DNA of 61,873 bases, filler included, from an uncultured virus (IMG/VR IMGVR_UViG_2049941000_000860) (Duplodnaviria > Heunggongvirae > Uroviricota > Caudoviricetes). It is 12 parts of one record of this genome, joined end to end, with 100 filler letters (N's around TTAATTAATTAA, not from the genome) between each part and the next. Parts side by side here need not be neighbours in the genome. Positions count along the whole stretch, not along the records: positions 42,330 to 47,173 come from IMGVR_UViG_2049941000_000860; positions 47,274 to 61,873 come from IMGVR_UViG_2049941000_000860; 10 more parts are not named here. The stretch is one strand, 5' to 3'. Positions 45,454 through 56,733 of the stretch are shown here, piece after piece. The translations under genes were made by a program, and so were the position numbers. The notes below the pieces were generated by a model. That model was not told the origin of the DNA. It searched no databases and saw only the letters and a program-made list of their open reading frames with translations. The stretch's first letter is position 1. Each line of letters opens with the position of its first letter.

Positions 45454-45607
45454 GTCGCCTTCCGGAGCATCTCGTCCCGTACGTGCGTGTAGATGTTCGC
45501 TGTGGTCTTGTAGTCCGTGTGACCAACGATCTTCTCGCCCTTCCATGCGATTCCCCCGGCTTCCACCCGATTCTGCCAAAATCGATCCACGCAGAAAGCG
45601 ACGGATA
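45454..45607 (-). other. att-arm-like sequence joined directly to an orphan integrase 3' end
   Basis: 45548-45607 is the reverse complement of ~58935-58995; 45454-45534 encodes KIVGHTDYKTTANIYTHVRDEMLRKA. Confidence 0.65.
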
Positions 45608-45641
45608 GTGTGGATTATTGACCGCTTACACTCCTCTTCTA

Positions 45642-45910
45642 TCACATAACATTTAAAAACCTGTACATTAATATAGTGCTAAGTAGCACACCGCCAAATG
45701 CACTTATTCTCTTAAGATCTATTATACTAAAGCCATATCCTTGACTGCAAGAGACAAGAATAATTAGTAAAAGGGAGACTGTAATGTATTCTATTAAGAC
45801 TACTCTTGACCCACAAGGATAGGTATCTTCGATATCACTCATTGCATATTTGAAGATTATGCCAAGTCCTAGTATCGAATGTAGAAATGCACTTTCTATA
45901 AGTATATATA
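45642..45910 (-). CDS. AT-rich membrane protein, possibly degenerate
   Basis: Hydrophobic stretches; low GC. Confidence 0.35.
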
Positions 45911-46207
45911 AGATCTAAAGCCGCACTAATCATAAAACTCCTCGTATTATATTGATGTAGTACTTATAGACCTCTCNNNNNNNNNNNNNNNNNNNNNNNN
46001 NNNNNNNNNNNNNNNNNNNNNNNNNNNNNNNNNNNNNNNNNNNNNNNNNNNNNNNNNNNNNNNNNNNNNNNNNNNNNNNNNNNNNNNNNNNNNNNNNNNN
46101 NNNNNNNNNNNNNNNNNNNNNNNNNNNNNNNNNNNNNNNNNNNNNNNNNNNNNNNNNNNNNNNNNNNNNNNNNNNNNNNNNNNNNNNNNNNNNNNNNNNN
46201 NNNNNNN

Positions 46208-47173
46208 GTGCACCCTGTCGTAGTCCACGTTGGAGTAAAAGTCAAGGATGCAGCCGGGCGCATACTGTATCATTGCGTGACCCATATGGCCGCTGCGTTT
46301 ATGTGCCTGGTGATTCACAAAGATCCGAGGCTCTGTAAAGCGATAAGACTGTTCCATGCCGCTACCTCCGGTAGAATCTTTTTCTGCTCCACATATTATA
46401 CTGCGCGGTCTCTCTTTTTGCAAACAAAAACCGCACACGAAGCGCGGCTTTTGTTCGGGATTTTTTATTCAAAAATGTCGTTTTCCCGGAACTGCAGGGA
46501 GTAAAGCTTTTTGTACGTGCCGTCCAGCTTCATGAGCTCTTCGTGCGTGCCCTGCTCCTTGATGCGTCCGTTTATGACCACGGCGATCTCGTCAGCGTTG
46601 CGGATGGTGGACAGCCGGTGCGCCGCTACAAGAGTGGTCCTGCCTTTGCACAATTCGTCAAGGGCGTGCTGTATGAGCACTTCCGTTGTGTTGTCCAGGG
46701 CGCTCGTGGCTTCGTCCAGTATCAGAATGGCGGGATCTTTCAAAAACACGCGAGCGATGCTGAGCCGCTGCTTCTGGCCGCCGGAGAGCTTCACGCCCCT
46801 CTCGCCGATCTNNNNNNNNNNNNNNNNNNNNNNNNNNNNNNNNNNNNNNNNNNNNNNNNAGAATCCATCGTCATATCCTCCGTCAGGTGTTTTCCACCCA
46901 CATATGCATGATGTTCACCCGGTTCAAGTCATATACGTGTGAAAACTGGATCAACAGCTTTCTTTCTTCCGCAAGGTACAGGTTGTTGGAGTAATATCCG
47001 ACGCCCGGGCCGGGCCTGCGTATCACCACTTTGCCGTCGTCCCAGTGCATGCCGTCCTCGGAATGGTAAATCACCAGCCCGTCGCCCTTATCTCCGTTCC
47101 GCCCGTGCAGGAACCATCCGTCGGCGGTGCAGGCGATCTGCGGATTGCGGATAAGCTGCTTAAAATATCCGTA
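46208..47173 (-). CDS. Host fragments: sialidase-like protein (46208-46357, 46883-47173) and ABC transporter C-terminus (46465-46811)
   Basis: SEDGMHW Asp-box; LSGGQKQR...[10 protein letters not shown]...AHRLSTI. Confidence 0.75.
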
Positions 47174-47384
47174 NNNNNNNNNNNNNNNNNNNNNNNNNNN
47201 NNNNNNNNNNNNNNNNNTTAATTAATTAANNNNNNNNNNNNNNNNNNNNNNNNNNNNNNNNNNNNNNNNNNNNATTTTCCGCGCCCATTCCGTGACACTT
47301 TTCCGGTCTGACCTTCCCAGCCTTGCATTGAGTGGAAAAGATTGATAATATGCGTGTGTTTTGCGTCGTTCTTTATTTCATCGC

Positions 47385-47867
47385 TTATTTTTCTTCTAAG
47401 CTCAGTATTACCCGGTTTTTGTCGATCTCACAGATGAGCTGGTCTCCGACAACAATCAGTTCCTTTCTCCACGGATGCCCATACAGACCCACAGACCAGT
47501 CCTTTGAAACAAAGAAGTAATAATCACCATTAGGATAATATGTGGGGAACCAAACCTCGTAGTTTCTTTCCGCGTCAAAATAATGATAGTCGACAGGTAT
47601 CCATTCATTGGGATTGTAAGCGAAGCAAGTATGCTGCCAATCCAGAGCATACATTTCTTCATTGACAACTTTGCATAGAATCTCATTTATCAGAGACTCT
47701 TGTTTTTCGTTCCAAATATATCCTGTATCTTTTATACGATACTTTTTTATTGTTCCCTTGGGCATTAACCATTCCTTGGCCTTATCATATGGATGTGGGA
47801 AAAACTTATACTCATCATAGAGCTTATCCCAAATTTTTTTATACTCTTCCTGCGTGATAATACGCAC
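47385..47867 (-). CDS. DUF2716-like protein (immunity-like)
   Basis: MYALDWQH, YYPNGDYYFF, GHPWRKEL. Confidence 0.7.
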   Translation of the reverse strand: MRIITQEEYKKIWDKLYDEYKFFPHPYDKAKEWLMPKGTIKKYRIKDTGYIWNEKQESLINEILCKVVNEEMYALDWQHTCFAYNPNEWIPVDYHYFDAERNYEVWFPTYYPNGDYYFFVSKDWSVGLYGHPWRKELIVVGDQLICEIDKNRVILSLEEK

Positions 47868-48062
47868 AATTGACCTCCTATTATCGTTAGTTGCTTTTCT
47901 CCACTTCGCGTATTGTGCCGTAATAAGGAAGAAAGTGGCTTGATTTTGCTTATTTCACTATACAATCCCTTTTCCGCGCCCATTCCGTGACGCTTTTCCG
48001 GGCCAGCTGCCCCTCTCCTTCGCATTGGATTTGCGCGGAAAAGGAAGTATAGGAGTGGAATT

Positions 48063-48674
48063 TCAAGAATCAGCGGCACCTTCTTCAAATAGGTATTCCG
48101 GTATATAATCCGCTCCAATATAAACGATATAAACGATTCTGTGCCGGTTTATCAGATAGTAGATTTCAGTGCTGCCCAAATCCCAAGCATGGATTTTTCC
48201 GTCAAGGGAAGCATAGGTCTCCTGTGCCTGTTCGAGGCTGAGTGGCTCATTTATGACATGGCATCCGTGCATCAACACAGTTGCTGGATCAGCGTTTGGT
48301 TCGCCGTACAGCCTCTTCAATTCGCCGAGAATGAATGTACAGTCATCACTTGAAACGTTTGCAATTTTATACTGGCCGCAGACCATTTCATCCGTGTCTG
48401 CCTTTATGCTGATGTGAACATCGGCTTTAAAGCAGCTCACTGGCATATAGTTATCCCAGCCCAACGTTTCAATACCGTTCCAGATGATTCTTTCACCGCA
48501 TAAATCCGCGACAGTCTTGCCCATGTTCGCAGTGATCTCATCGCGATGTGCCCCCCATGAAAAACCGCGGAAGCCTTGCGGATCACCGATTTCGCCATGT
48601 TCCTCTCCAAATACAAAGATAGTGGTGCTCAAGCATATCACCAACGTAAGCAGTAAAGCACCCACCCTTTTCAT
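48063..48674 (-). CDS. Secreted hypothetical protein
   Basis: Signal peptide; GFRGFSWG...YGEP motif. Confidence 0.7.
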   Translation of the reverse strand: MKRVGALLLTLVICLSTTIFVFGEEHGEIGDPQGFRGFSWGAHRDEITANMGKTVADLCGERIIWNGIETLGWDNYMPVSCFKADVHISIKADTDEMVCGQYKIANVSSDDCTFILGELKRLYGEPNADPATVLMHGCHVINEPLSLEQAQETYASLDGKIHAWDLGSTEIYYLINRHRIVYIVYIGADYIPEYLFEEGAADS

Positions 48675-48881
48675 AATCTTGCTTCCTTTCCGTTTATGTT
48701 TTAAAGATAATCCTCATATAGACAGTTTCCCCCGCCCATTCCGTGACACTTTTCCGGGCCAGCTGCCCCGCACCTTCATCTCATCTTGCGAGAGATATGG
48801 GAGATTATGGATTTGCATGTAATGTTTAAGCTTCAGGTATTCCACAGAGTCAGGGAAACAGTCTGGATTGATATCCGGTTA

Positions 48882-50474
48882 TCATTGATGCTGAGATGTG
48901 TACCGGTCAGAACCGAACTCGCTTTTATCAAGCAGAACAGCTATGACAGGGCGGATGCCGAAATGTTCGTTTGTGATACCTGCATCTAAACTTATCCTTC
49001 CAAATCGATTGATGCTGGCTTCACAATTTGTGCTTTTACCTAGGGAGCGGAGCCACCAAGGGCATGTCCCCACTCCGTCAATGAAATACTCATCGTCTTG
49101 AGCCGCGCCCTGCGCTGTCGCGTATTTCGTCGGAATGCACATGCGGGCTTCCTCGTTGGCAAAATAACGCCCGGCTTCCGTCGCGCTGAGCAGAAAGACC
49201 CTGTCCCGTATGATGTTTGCGCTTCCTGCCCCGATGTCAGACACGTTTTCCGTTTCAAGATCAGTAATCAGGATGGCGGCTTTCTCTTCCTCCGAGAAGG
49301 CGGCGCGGTAAAAACCTTCATTGAGCCATGCCCTCAGAGAACTGTCTTCCCAAGTAAGCGTACTGTACAGAGATACCTGTCGTTCATTAAACCGTCCGGC
49401 GTCCAGTATGTATTTGCTAATGAGCAGCAGGCTGCCATCATCTCTTTTATCCAGTATGATCCACTCGATGGGTTCTTCGCCGTTTTCTGCGTAATCGTCC
49501 TGCTCATATCTACCGAAGCAGATCGTCCCAAAAGGGTTGTCAAACAGTTCCGCACCGTCAAAATACACCCTGCGAGCTTCATAACTGTCAATAGCATCGG
49601 CTATGGGACTTGCATCAGCATATACCGGCCAATCTTCGTCCTTGTTGTTGGACGCACCGAAATACCCAGCAAGTCGACCGTCATCAACGATATAGAATAT
49701 ACTGAATATTCCGTTTGAATTGCTGTAATATTTCGTGCCAAACGCCGATATGAGTTCGCCGTAAGTGGCGGGTTCGCAGCTGTCGAACAGTTCAGCGCTG
49801 AGCAAGTCCATGCCCTCATTGCAAAGCAGCACACTGGAAAGGCTGAATCCAACTGCCGCTGTAACCATATCGTTTTTAATTTGATATGCGATATATCCGT
49901 CTTCGCATTTTAGGAAACCGATGTATACTGGTCTTCTGGGACGATCCGGGTATTCCTTGTCCAGTTCGCGGAGTTCTTTTCCAATCATGTTTTTTATACG
50001 CTTCCGCATGGCGTCCACTTCCCAGCGCGACACGAGCCAGCCGGGCCTTTGCACAGCATTATCCTCGACCCATTTGCCATCGCTGCAGCACATCGCAAAG
50101 ATGCCAACGTCGCCGGATTGCAGCCAGATGTCATGGCTGTCCCTATCCCAACAGATGCCCCAAAAATCAAGCATGCGTCCGGCGCGGAACACATCTACCG
50201 TTTCCTCACTCTGGACGTCCCGGATGTAGACATACACCATATCCACCGGGTCGCTCTCGCGCTTTTCTATACTCTGCACGGCTTCGTACCTGCCGTCTGA
50301 GCTTTGGCTCGGTAAATATGTAAAACTGCCGAATTCCGCAAAGATCTCTTCGTCAGTCGGCACATAACTACGTATATAAAAATCGAACCAGTTGCATGAA
50401 GTATCCTTTTCAGCGGAACCGACTGTACCGGTGCAGAACAGAAGTAAAAGCAGCAAGGCAGCCATCCTTTTCAT
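48882..50474 (-). CDS. Secreted multi-domain protein with C-terminal DUF6273-like domain
   Basis: MKRMAALLL signal; FGRYEQD..EPIEWIIL..WEDSSLRAWLN..VFLLS..WWLRS..GIRP. Confidence 0.75.
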   Translation of the reverse strand: MKRMAALLLLLLFCTGTVGSAEKDTSCNWFDFYIRSYVPTDEEIFAEFGSFTYLPSQSSDGRYEAVQSIEKRESDPVDMVYVYIRDVQSEETVDVFRAGRMLDFWGICWDRDSHDIWLQSGDVGIFAMCCSDGKWVEDNAVQRPGWLVSRWEVDAMRKRIKNMIGKELRELDKEYPDRPRRPVYIGFLKCEDGYIAYQIKNDMVTAAVGFSLSSVLLCNEGMDLLSAELFDSCEPATYGELISAFGTKYYSNSNGIFSIFYIVDDGRLAGYFGASNNKDEDWPVYADASPIADAIDSYEARRVYFDGAELFDNPFGTICFGRYEQDDYAENGEEPIEWIILDKRDDGSLLLISKYILDAGRFNERQVSLYSTLTWEDSSLRAWLNEGFYRAAFSEEEKAAILITDLETENVSDIGAGSANIIRDRVFLLSATEAGRYFANEEARMCIPTKYATAQGAAQDDEYFIDGVGTCPWWLRSLGKSTNCEASINRFGRISLDAGITNEHFGIRPVIAVLLDKSEFGSDRYTSQHQ

Positions 50475-50669
50475 AATCCTGCTTCCTTTCCGTTTTTGTT
50501 TTGAAGATGAGCTTCTGTAAATAAAGCCACTTTCCCCGCCCATTCCGTGACACTTTTCCGGGACAGCTGCTCCTCTCCTCGCCCTGCGCGGGAAAACGGA
50601 GAGGAACAATTTGTTCTTCCGTTTGCGTTTACAATAGAATCTCGTTAGTCTTATTCGCTNNNNNNNNNN

Positions 50670-51008
50670 CTCTGACCCATTCGTATTAAAAGATTCACTG
50701 AGAAGATATAACTTTCCTTCATCCGGGACGATAGTTGTGAACGAGTGCGGATAGCTGTTGATCAGTATATCCGTTTTACCGCTCTGTCTGTCGATCCGGT
50801 AAACGCTGAAAACAGTACTCCACCAATCCCATTCATCCTCAAACCATCCGTTGGCAAGGTAGATGTATTCTTCATCCCATGCAAGAGAATTACAGCCGCC
50901 CGATTGTTCATGATAGCAGTTCTGATCCGCACTTGAATTAAAAGCAAGCGCCGTTGGCAGGCAAGCCAAAATCAGGATTGCCGCAATGGTCGTCAGCGTT
51001 TTTTTCAT
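50670..51008 (-). CDS. Secreted beta-propeller-like protein (5' part)
   Basis: Signal peptide MKKTLTTIAAILIL; GGAGG RBS; repeat copy upstream. Confidence 0.6.
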
Positions 51009-51107
51009 ATCGTTGTTCCTCCAATGAAGATATACTCAGGAAATCAGAGTTATATCCTTCGTCAATAAACAAGCCATTTTCCGCGCGCCCATTCCGTNNN
51101 NNNNNNN

Positions 51108-51394
51108 CGGATTATGTGGAGCTTCAGGTGACGGTGAATAAAGCGCCTTCCTCTATCAAGCTGAACAGAAAGACCGTGGAAATGCTGCCGGACAGCGAGT
51201 TCGTCCTGACCTGCACTTTGTCCAAGGGCAGTTCCGGACAGGTCACCTTTTATTCTGCCAACGAAGACGTGGTGACCGTGGATGACAGCGGAAAACTGAA
51301 AGCCGTCGCTCCCGGCACAGCGCAGGTATTCGCGGAGACGTACAACGGCAAAAGCGACCGCGTGGACGTCACAGTACTCACCCCTCCGCCCGCC
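51108..51394 (+). CDS. Bacterial Ig-like (Big_2) domain fragment
   Basis: SANEDVVTVDDSGKLKAVAPGTAQV...TYNGK. Confidence 0.75.
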
Positions 51395-51404
51395 NNNNNN
51401 NNNN

Positions 51405-51549
51405 GCACAAAGGATATGAGCTCGGCTTTACCATCCCGCAATCTTCGATAATGGGGAAACGTTCCTTTGAATCCAACTCCACGAAGTTCCGGAATCACAA
51501 TCAGTTTCAATTCAGCTTGCATTTTAGTCCACTCAGGTGACTGTGCCAT
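51405..51549 (-). CDS. DUF4304-like protein (5' part)
   Basis: VIPELRGVGFKGTFPHYRR; repeat copy upstream. Confidence 0.6.
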
Positions 51550-51761
51550 GATACCTCCATTGATGTGACAGAAAGCTCAAAATTCGAACTGTTTCCGCGC
51601 CTATTCCGTGACACTTTTCCAGCCTGTCTGCCCCTCTCGCCTCGCATTGCGCGCGAAATAGAAGAGGGTATCGTCTCATTTGCGAATTCCTGTAATTAAT
51701 CCAGAACTGGTGCATTACCAGCATCCATAATGAAAGAGCAGACATGCCGTGCCGATCAAGA

Positions 51762-52719
51762 TCATCCCGCTTCAGAATCCCAGTCGTCCTGATCCGTTAT
51801 TGAAACATTACTCTCAATGTGGAACATGTCGATCATTCTTCCGCCATGCTCATCAAGGGTAACATACCATATATACCCATCCTCATCCGGAATAATTAGT
51901 TCGACAGTGTATACAGCTTTCTCTTCGTTATAGCTTATGCTCATGGGAACGGGCGGTTCGTTGCCGGATTTATAATTGGCGTCAAGCAGAGCGCTTGCAA
52001 GTATTGCTGCATGTCTTGCATCAATATCGTTTGTGTAGGCATCATCATTGTTATACTTGAGTTCCTGTTCGGAAAAATCGTCCCTGCTCAGCGCATGTGT
52101 GCTGGTTAAGTTGCGCTTGACCGAGCCATCTGCAGCATCGATAATTTCCATATTGTACAGATCTGGATCGTTGATGATTTCGCCGTTGCCGATATGGACG
52201 CAATAAGTTTTATTATATTCAATACCACTGTTGTCCGTAAAGAGCGTATCGAGCTTCCAAAGCAGGATACGGCTGTTTTCTACGAGCGCGGCTTTTCCTA
52301 GACGCCAATTGTCCCATTCACCCTGCTCGCAGTTTACGGCATCATCATGCGGTATGATGCACACGTTTGCGTATCCGTCCGTCATCTGGTCAAAACTGTA
52401 AAAGTCTTCTGAAACTTTCCGTCTCTCATGTGTGTTTACATCTATCTCCAACATGCAGTATTCCTTGCTATCCCACAGATACAATTTGCCATTTAGAACA
52501 ACGTACCAGTACTGATTAGTGTGAGTGTACGTCTTATTCATCTTGTCGTTGAACCCACTGAAGAGCGTTTGGCTTTCACCATTCGCATTCACGCGGCAGA
52601 TCATGTCGCCATCTAATAAATACAGCCAATCATCTTCGATGATGGGTTGGCAGACATATCTGTCGTTTATGATTTTTGTCTTGGCCGAGTAAATTGTTTT
52701 TGCCTGCATGGTCTCAGTC
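51762..52719 (-). CDS. Extracellular beta-propeller-like protein (3' part)
   Basis: 315+ aa open frame; DWLYLL and GKLYLW blades. Confidence 0.55.
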
Positions 52720-52765
52720 NNNNNNNNNNNNNNNNNNNNNNNNNNNNNNNNNNNNNNNNNNNNNN

Positions 52766-54980
52766 TACGGTGACAGTGCCCGAAAGTGTGCCTGTCTGGC
52801 CGTAACTGTCCGTCACGGATATCGTGTAGGCAATGCTGCCGCTTACGGTGATCACACTGAGCGTTCCGCTGTTGCCGCTGAGCGTATAGGTTTTATCTCC
52901 CAATGTGAGCACACGACTCTCGTAACCAATTCCGCTGTCAGCGCTCGTATCGAGGGTGACGCTGAAGCTTATGGTCGGTATCGTTTTCCCGGCTATCAGA
53001 TTCCCGTACGTGCTGATATGGCTCGTCCCGCTCTCGCCCCAGGTNNNNNNNNNNACCGGCTGAGATGCAGGGAGCGACGTTCAATTCCGCAACGCTGACA
53101 TACACGGTCTCCTCGCCCAGCGGAACACGGTATGTGCGCTATAACGGTGAGAGCGTCAGTGTGGGCAATAACAACCTGCTGGAACGCCTGATAGCGGGCG
53201 GCAATCTTGATCTGTACTTTTCGTACAAGGCTACGGGCGGCACCGGCGGGGAAGGCAGCCACAGCGCTTCGTGTACGTGGACGAATATCTCCATAGCCGT
53301 AGACTATACGCCTGCGGCGGGTATCACGAATACTGTAACGGTGACGAATGCCGGCACAGCTGTCTATTCCATTGAGAAGAAGTCACTTGCTTACGGTGAA
53401 AGCTGTGCGTTTACCATAACGGCAAGGCCCACAGTGGCCATAACCCGGGCCACGGCGGAGATACGACCCGGGTCACTTTCATCCGTAGCGACATATACCA
53501 CGGACAAGAGCATCGCAGCCAACGCGGCGTCTTCGCTGTCCTACACGCTGCAGATCCCGGCGGCAATGAATACCGCGATGTCTAGCCGTGTGTATGCTGC
53601 CCAGATACGGGTATCGTTCCTGGGAGCAAACGGGACTACATACACCTCAGGCTGGGTGTCGGTCACCAATGCCGCCAACTCGCAGGCGTTCAATTTGCTC
53701 AAAAGCAGGACTGCGCCGGTGATCAGCGGTGTCACCTGGGGCGAGAGCGGGACGAGCCATATCAGCACGTACGGGAATCTGATTGCCGGAAAGACTGTGC
53801 CGACCATAAGCTTCAATGTCACCCTGGATACGAGCGCTGACAGCGGAATTGGTTACGAGAGTCGTGTGCTCACTCTGGGAGAAAAGACTTATACGCTCAG
53901 CGGCAACAGCGGCACACTCAGCGTCATAGCCACAAGCGGGAGCGTTTCCTTCACCATCTCCGTGACGGACAGTTACGGGCAGACAGGCACACTTTCAGGC
54001 ACGGTTACGGTATTGGCCTACACGACGCCCACGCTCAGTGGAGTGGCAATAAGCCGGTATGTGAGCAGCCTGAACACGCAGGGCCAGACGGTGTATGAGT
54101 TGGACGATGACGGGACGAGCCTATGGTTCGACGCAGCGATCACGGTACAGACAACGCTCGGCAGCGGAACGAACAAGTGGACGCTGCGTATAACACCGAG
54201 CGGAGGCAGCATGATCAGCGTTCTGATCAATTCGAGCCTTGCAACCAAAACGTATACGCACGNNNNNNNNNNATACGAGCTGGATGACGACGGCACGAGC
54301 TTGTGGTTCGACGCGGCGATCACTGTACAGACGATGCTCGGCGGCGGAACGAACAAGTGGACGCTGCGTATAACACCGAGCGGTGGCAGCACGATCAGCG
54401 TTCTGATCAATTCGAGCCTTGCAACCAAAACGTANNNNNNNNNNCTCCGAACAGGCACAAAGTGCCGTCGAATCCACTGTCAACCAGCTTTTTCGCCGCG
54501 CAGCCCAGATTAAGCACGATGCGCTCCCCGGTCCTTCGTGTGTCAAGCCCNNNNNNNNNNCTTCACCGTCGAGCTGAGCGATCAGTTTACCACGATCACG
54601 TATTCGGTGAACGTTCCCAAGGCAGGCGGCATATTCAACATCGAAACCACGGGTGTTGCGGTGGGCATGAGGAGCACAGGCACTGACGCACAGCCGCTGT
54701 TCCAGTCCGCCTATCCCGCGCACTTCCTCGGCGGGGCGTACGGCGCTGACGGAAACAGGATCGATGTAAGCGATGACACCGGCTGGCAGGCATTGACGCT
54801 GGTGAACAGCACGGCATACGACAGCACAACAACACCTATGGCCCGACGGAGGAACAAGGTGATCTACATCAAGGGCGCGATCAAGCTGAACGCAACGCTC
54901 TCCTCATACGCACAGGGCGCGGCCCAGAGAACGCAGATCGGTACGCTGCCGACAGGCATCCTGCCGGGTGACAATTACCA
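52766..54980 (+). CDS. Tail fibre/receptor-binding protein fragments (52766-53044 is an inverted allele piece)
   Basis: Ser/Thr-rich beta domains, VTDSYGQTGT, DTGWQALTL...IGTLPTG. Confidence 0.7.
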
Positions 54981-55772
54981 NNNNNNNNNNNNNNNNNNNN
55001 NNNNNNNNNNNNNNNNNNNNNNNNNNNNNNNNNNNNNNNNNNNNNNNNNNNNNNNNNNNNNNNNNNNNNNNNNNNNNNNNNNNNNNNNNNNNNNNNNNNN
55101 NNNNNNNNNNNNNNNNNNNNNNNNNNNNNNNNNNNNNNNNNNNNNNNNNNNNNNNNNNNNNNNNNNNNNNNNNNNNNNNNNNNNNNNNNNNNNNNNNNNN
55201 NNNNNNNNNNNNNNNNNNNNNNNNNNNNNNNNNNNNNNNNNNNNNNNNNNNNNNNNNNNNNNNNNNNNNNNNNNNNNNNNNNNNNNNNNNNNNNNNNNNN
55301 NNNNNNNNNNNNNNNNNNNNNNNNNNNNNNNNNNNNNNNNNNNNNNNNNNNNNNNNNNNNNNNNNNNNNNNNNNNNNNNNNNNNNNNNNNNNNNNNNNNN
55401 NNNNNNNNNNNNNNNNNNNNNNNNNNNNNNNNNNNNNNNNNNNNNNNNNNNNNNNNNNNNNNNNNNNNNNNNNNNNNNNNNNNNNNNNNNNNNNNNNNNN
55501 NNNNNNNNNNNNNNNNNNNNNNNNNNNNNNNNNNNNNNNNNNNNNNNNNNNNNNNNNNNNNNNNNNNNNNNNNNNNNNNNNNNNNNNNNNNNNNNNNNNN
55601 NNNNNNNNNNNNNNNNNNNNNNNNNNNNNNNNNNNAGAGGTGCAGATGGTCCGGAAAAGTGTCACGGAATGAGTGCGGAAAAAGGCTGATAATGTTAAAG
55701 CCATCCTCTCCGTTTTACTGCGCAAGGCGAGACGAAGGGAAGAAAAGCCGACCTTTTGTCACATCACCAAAT

Positions 55773-55855
55773 GTCCGTCCATGACTTACATTTTAGACAA
55801 TTCCGGTCACAGACCGTCATAGGCGCACAAGAATCCGGTGGTATCCGAGTGGATC
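55773..55855 (+). repeat. att-arm-like sequence (copy of 58877-58959)
   Basis: GTCCGTC..TGAC..TTAGACAATTCC.GTCAC.GACCGTCAT..CGCACAAGAATCCG..TCCGAGTGGATC. Confidence 0.7.
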
Positions 55856-55883
55856 AATAGGGTGAAATGAGTTTGTCTCGAAG

Positions 55884-56110
55884 ATTCCGGGCAAATGCCC
55901 GGATTTCTTTGTTTTTGGGACGTTGCGGAGCGGGAGGGAGTGTGGTATAATAGGGGCAATCAAAGCATAGGCTACAGCACCAAATGTAGGCTTCTTCAGA
56001 ACAAACATATGAAAACGATCTTTGATACCCTGGTTTTGCCAGCCTTTCGCGAAAGACCGGGTCTCTACATCGGTGCACGTGATCTCCAAACTCTTGAAAC
56101 ATGGATGCAG
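55884..56110 (+). other. Terminator, SigA promoter and 5' end of a cargo gene (ATG at 56009)
   Basis: CCGGGC-AAAT-GCCCGG hairpin; TTGCGG-17bp-TATAAT; MKTIFDTLVL..RPGLYIG. Confidence 0.5.
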
Positions 56111-56733
56111 NNNNNNNNNNNNNNNNNNNNNNNNNNNNNNNNNNNNNNNNNNNNNNNNNNNNNNNNNNNNNNNNNNNNNNNNNNNNNNNNNNNNNNNNNN
56201 NNNNNNNNNNNNNNNNNNNNNNNNNNNNNNNNNNNNNNNNNNNNNNNNNNNNNNNNNNNNNNNNNNNNNNNNNNNNNNNNNNNNNNNNNNNNNNNNNNNN
56301 NNNNNNNNNNNNNNNNNNNNNNNNNNNNNNNNNNNNNNNNNNNNNNNNNNNNNNNNNNNNNNNNNNNNNNNNNNNNNNNNNNNNNNNNNNNNNNNNNNNN
56401 NNNNNNNNNNNNNNNNNNNNNNNNNNNNNNNNNNNNNNNNNNNNNNNNNNNNNNNNNNNNNNNNNNNNNNNNNNNNNNNNNNNNNNNNNNNNNNNNNNNN
56501 NNNNNNNNNNNNNNNNNNNNNNNNNNNNNNNNNNNNNNNNNNNNNNNNNNNNNNNNNNNNNNNNNNNNNNNNNNNNNNNNNNNNNNNNNNNNNNNNNNNN
56601 NNNNNNNNNNNNNNNNNNNNNNNNNNNNNNNNNNNNNNNNNNNNNNNNNNNNNNNNNNNNNNNNNNNNNNNNNNNNNNNNNNNNNNNNNNNNNNNNNNNN
56701 NNNNNNNNNNNNNNNNNNNNNNNNNNNNNNNNN

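Larger units (their letters stand above)
47275..51668 (-). repeat. Intergenic repeat family, copies at ~47275, 47970, 48726, 50531, 51077 and 51592 (plus 55636 on the + strand)
   Basis: Core CCGGAAAAGTGTCACGGAATGGGCG(C/G)GGAAA, preceded in several copies by a CCTCTCC..GGAGAGG-type hairpin. Confidence 0.9.

Noticed and set aside
789..47229. Recurring TTAATTAATTAA between N-runs (e.g. 789, 1269, 3536, 7129, 14526, 17919, 31930, 34343, 36235, 42274, 47218)
   Set aside because: Identical six-frame-stop linker always embedded in Ns; a scaffolding artefact.
31986..49530. Possible diversity-generating retroelement (RT plus a DUF6273-like target)
   Set aside because: The RT has group II intron motifs and intron 5' ends are present. 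No template repeat with adenine-only mismatches and no avd gene is visible, though gaps could hide them.
48882..51008. 708-aa ORF and other long ORFs spanning Ns
   Set aside because: Chimeric across gaps; the real start is at 50474, with its own RBS and signal peptide.
47275..51668. Intergenic repeats as a CRISPR array
   Set aside because: The intervals are whole genes of 0.6-1.8 kb, the repeats are degenerate, and there is no cas operon. DUF2800 is a phage nuclease.
52766..53044. Inverted tail-fibre copy suggesting a shufflon
   Set aside because: An isolated gap-bounded allele fragment with no invertase or crossover sites visible.
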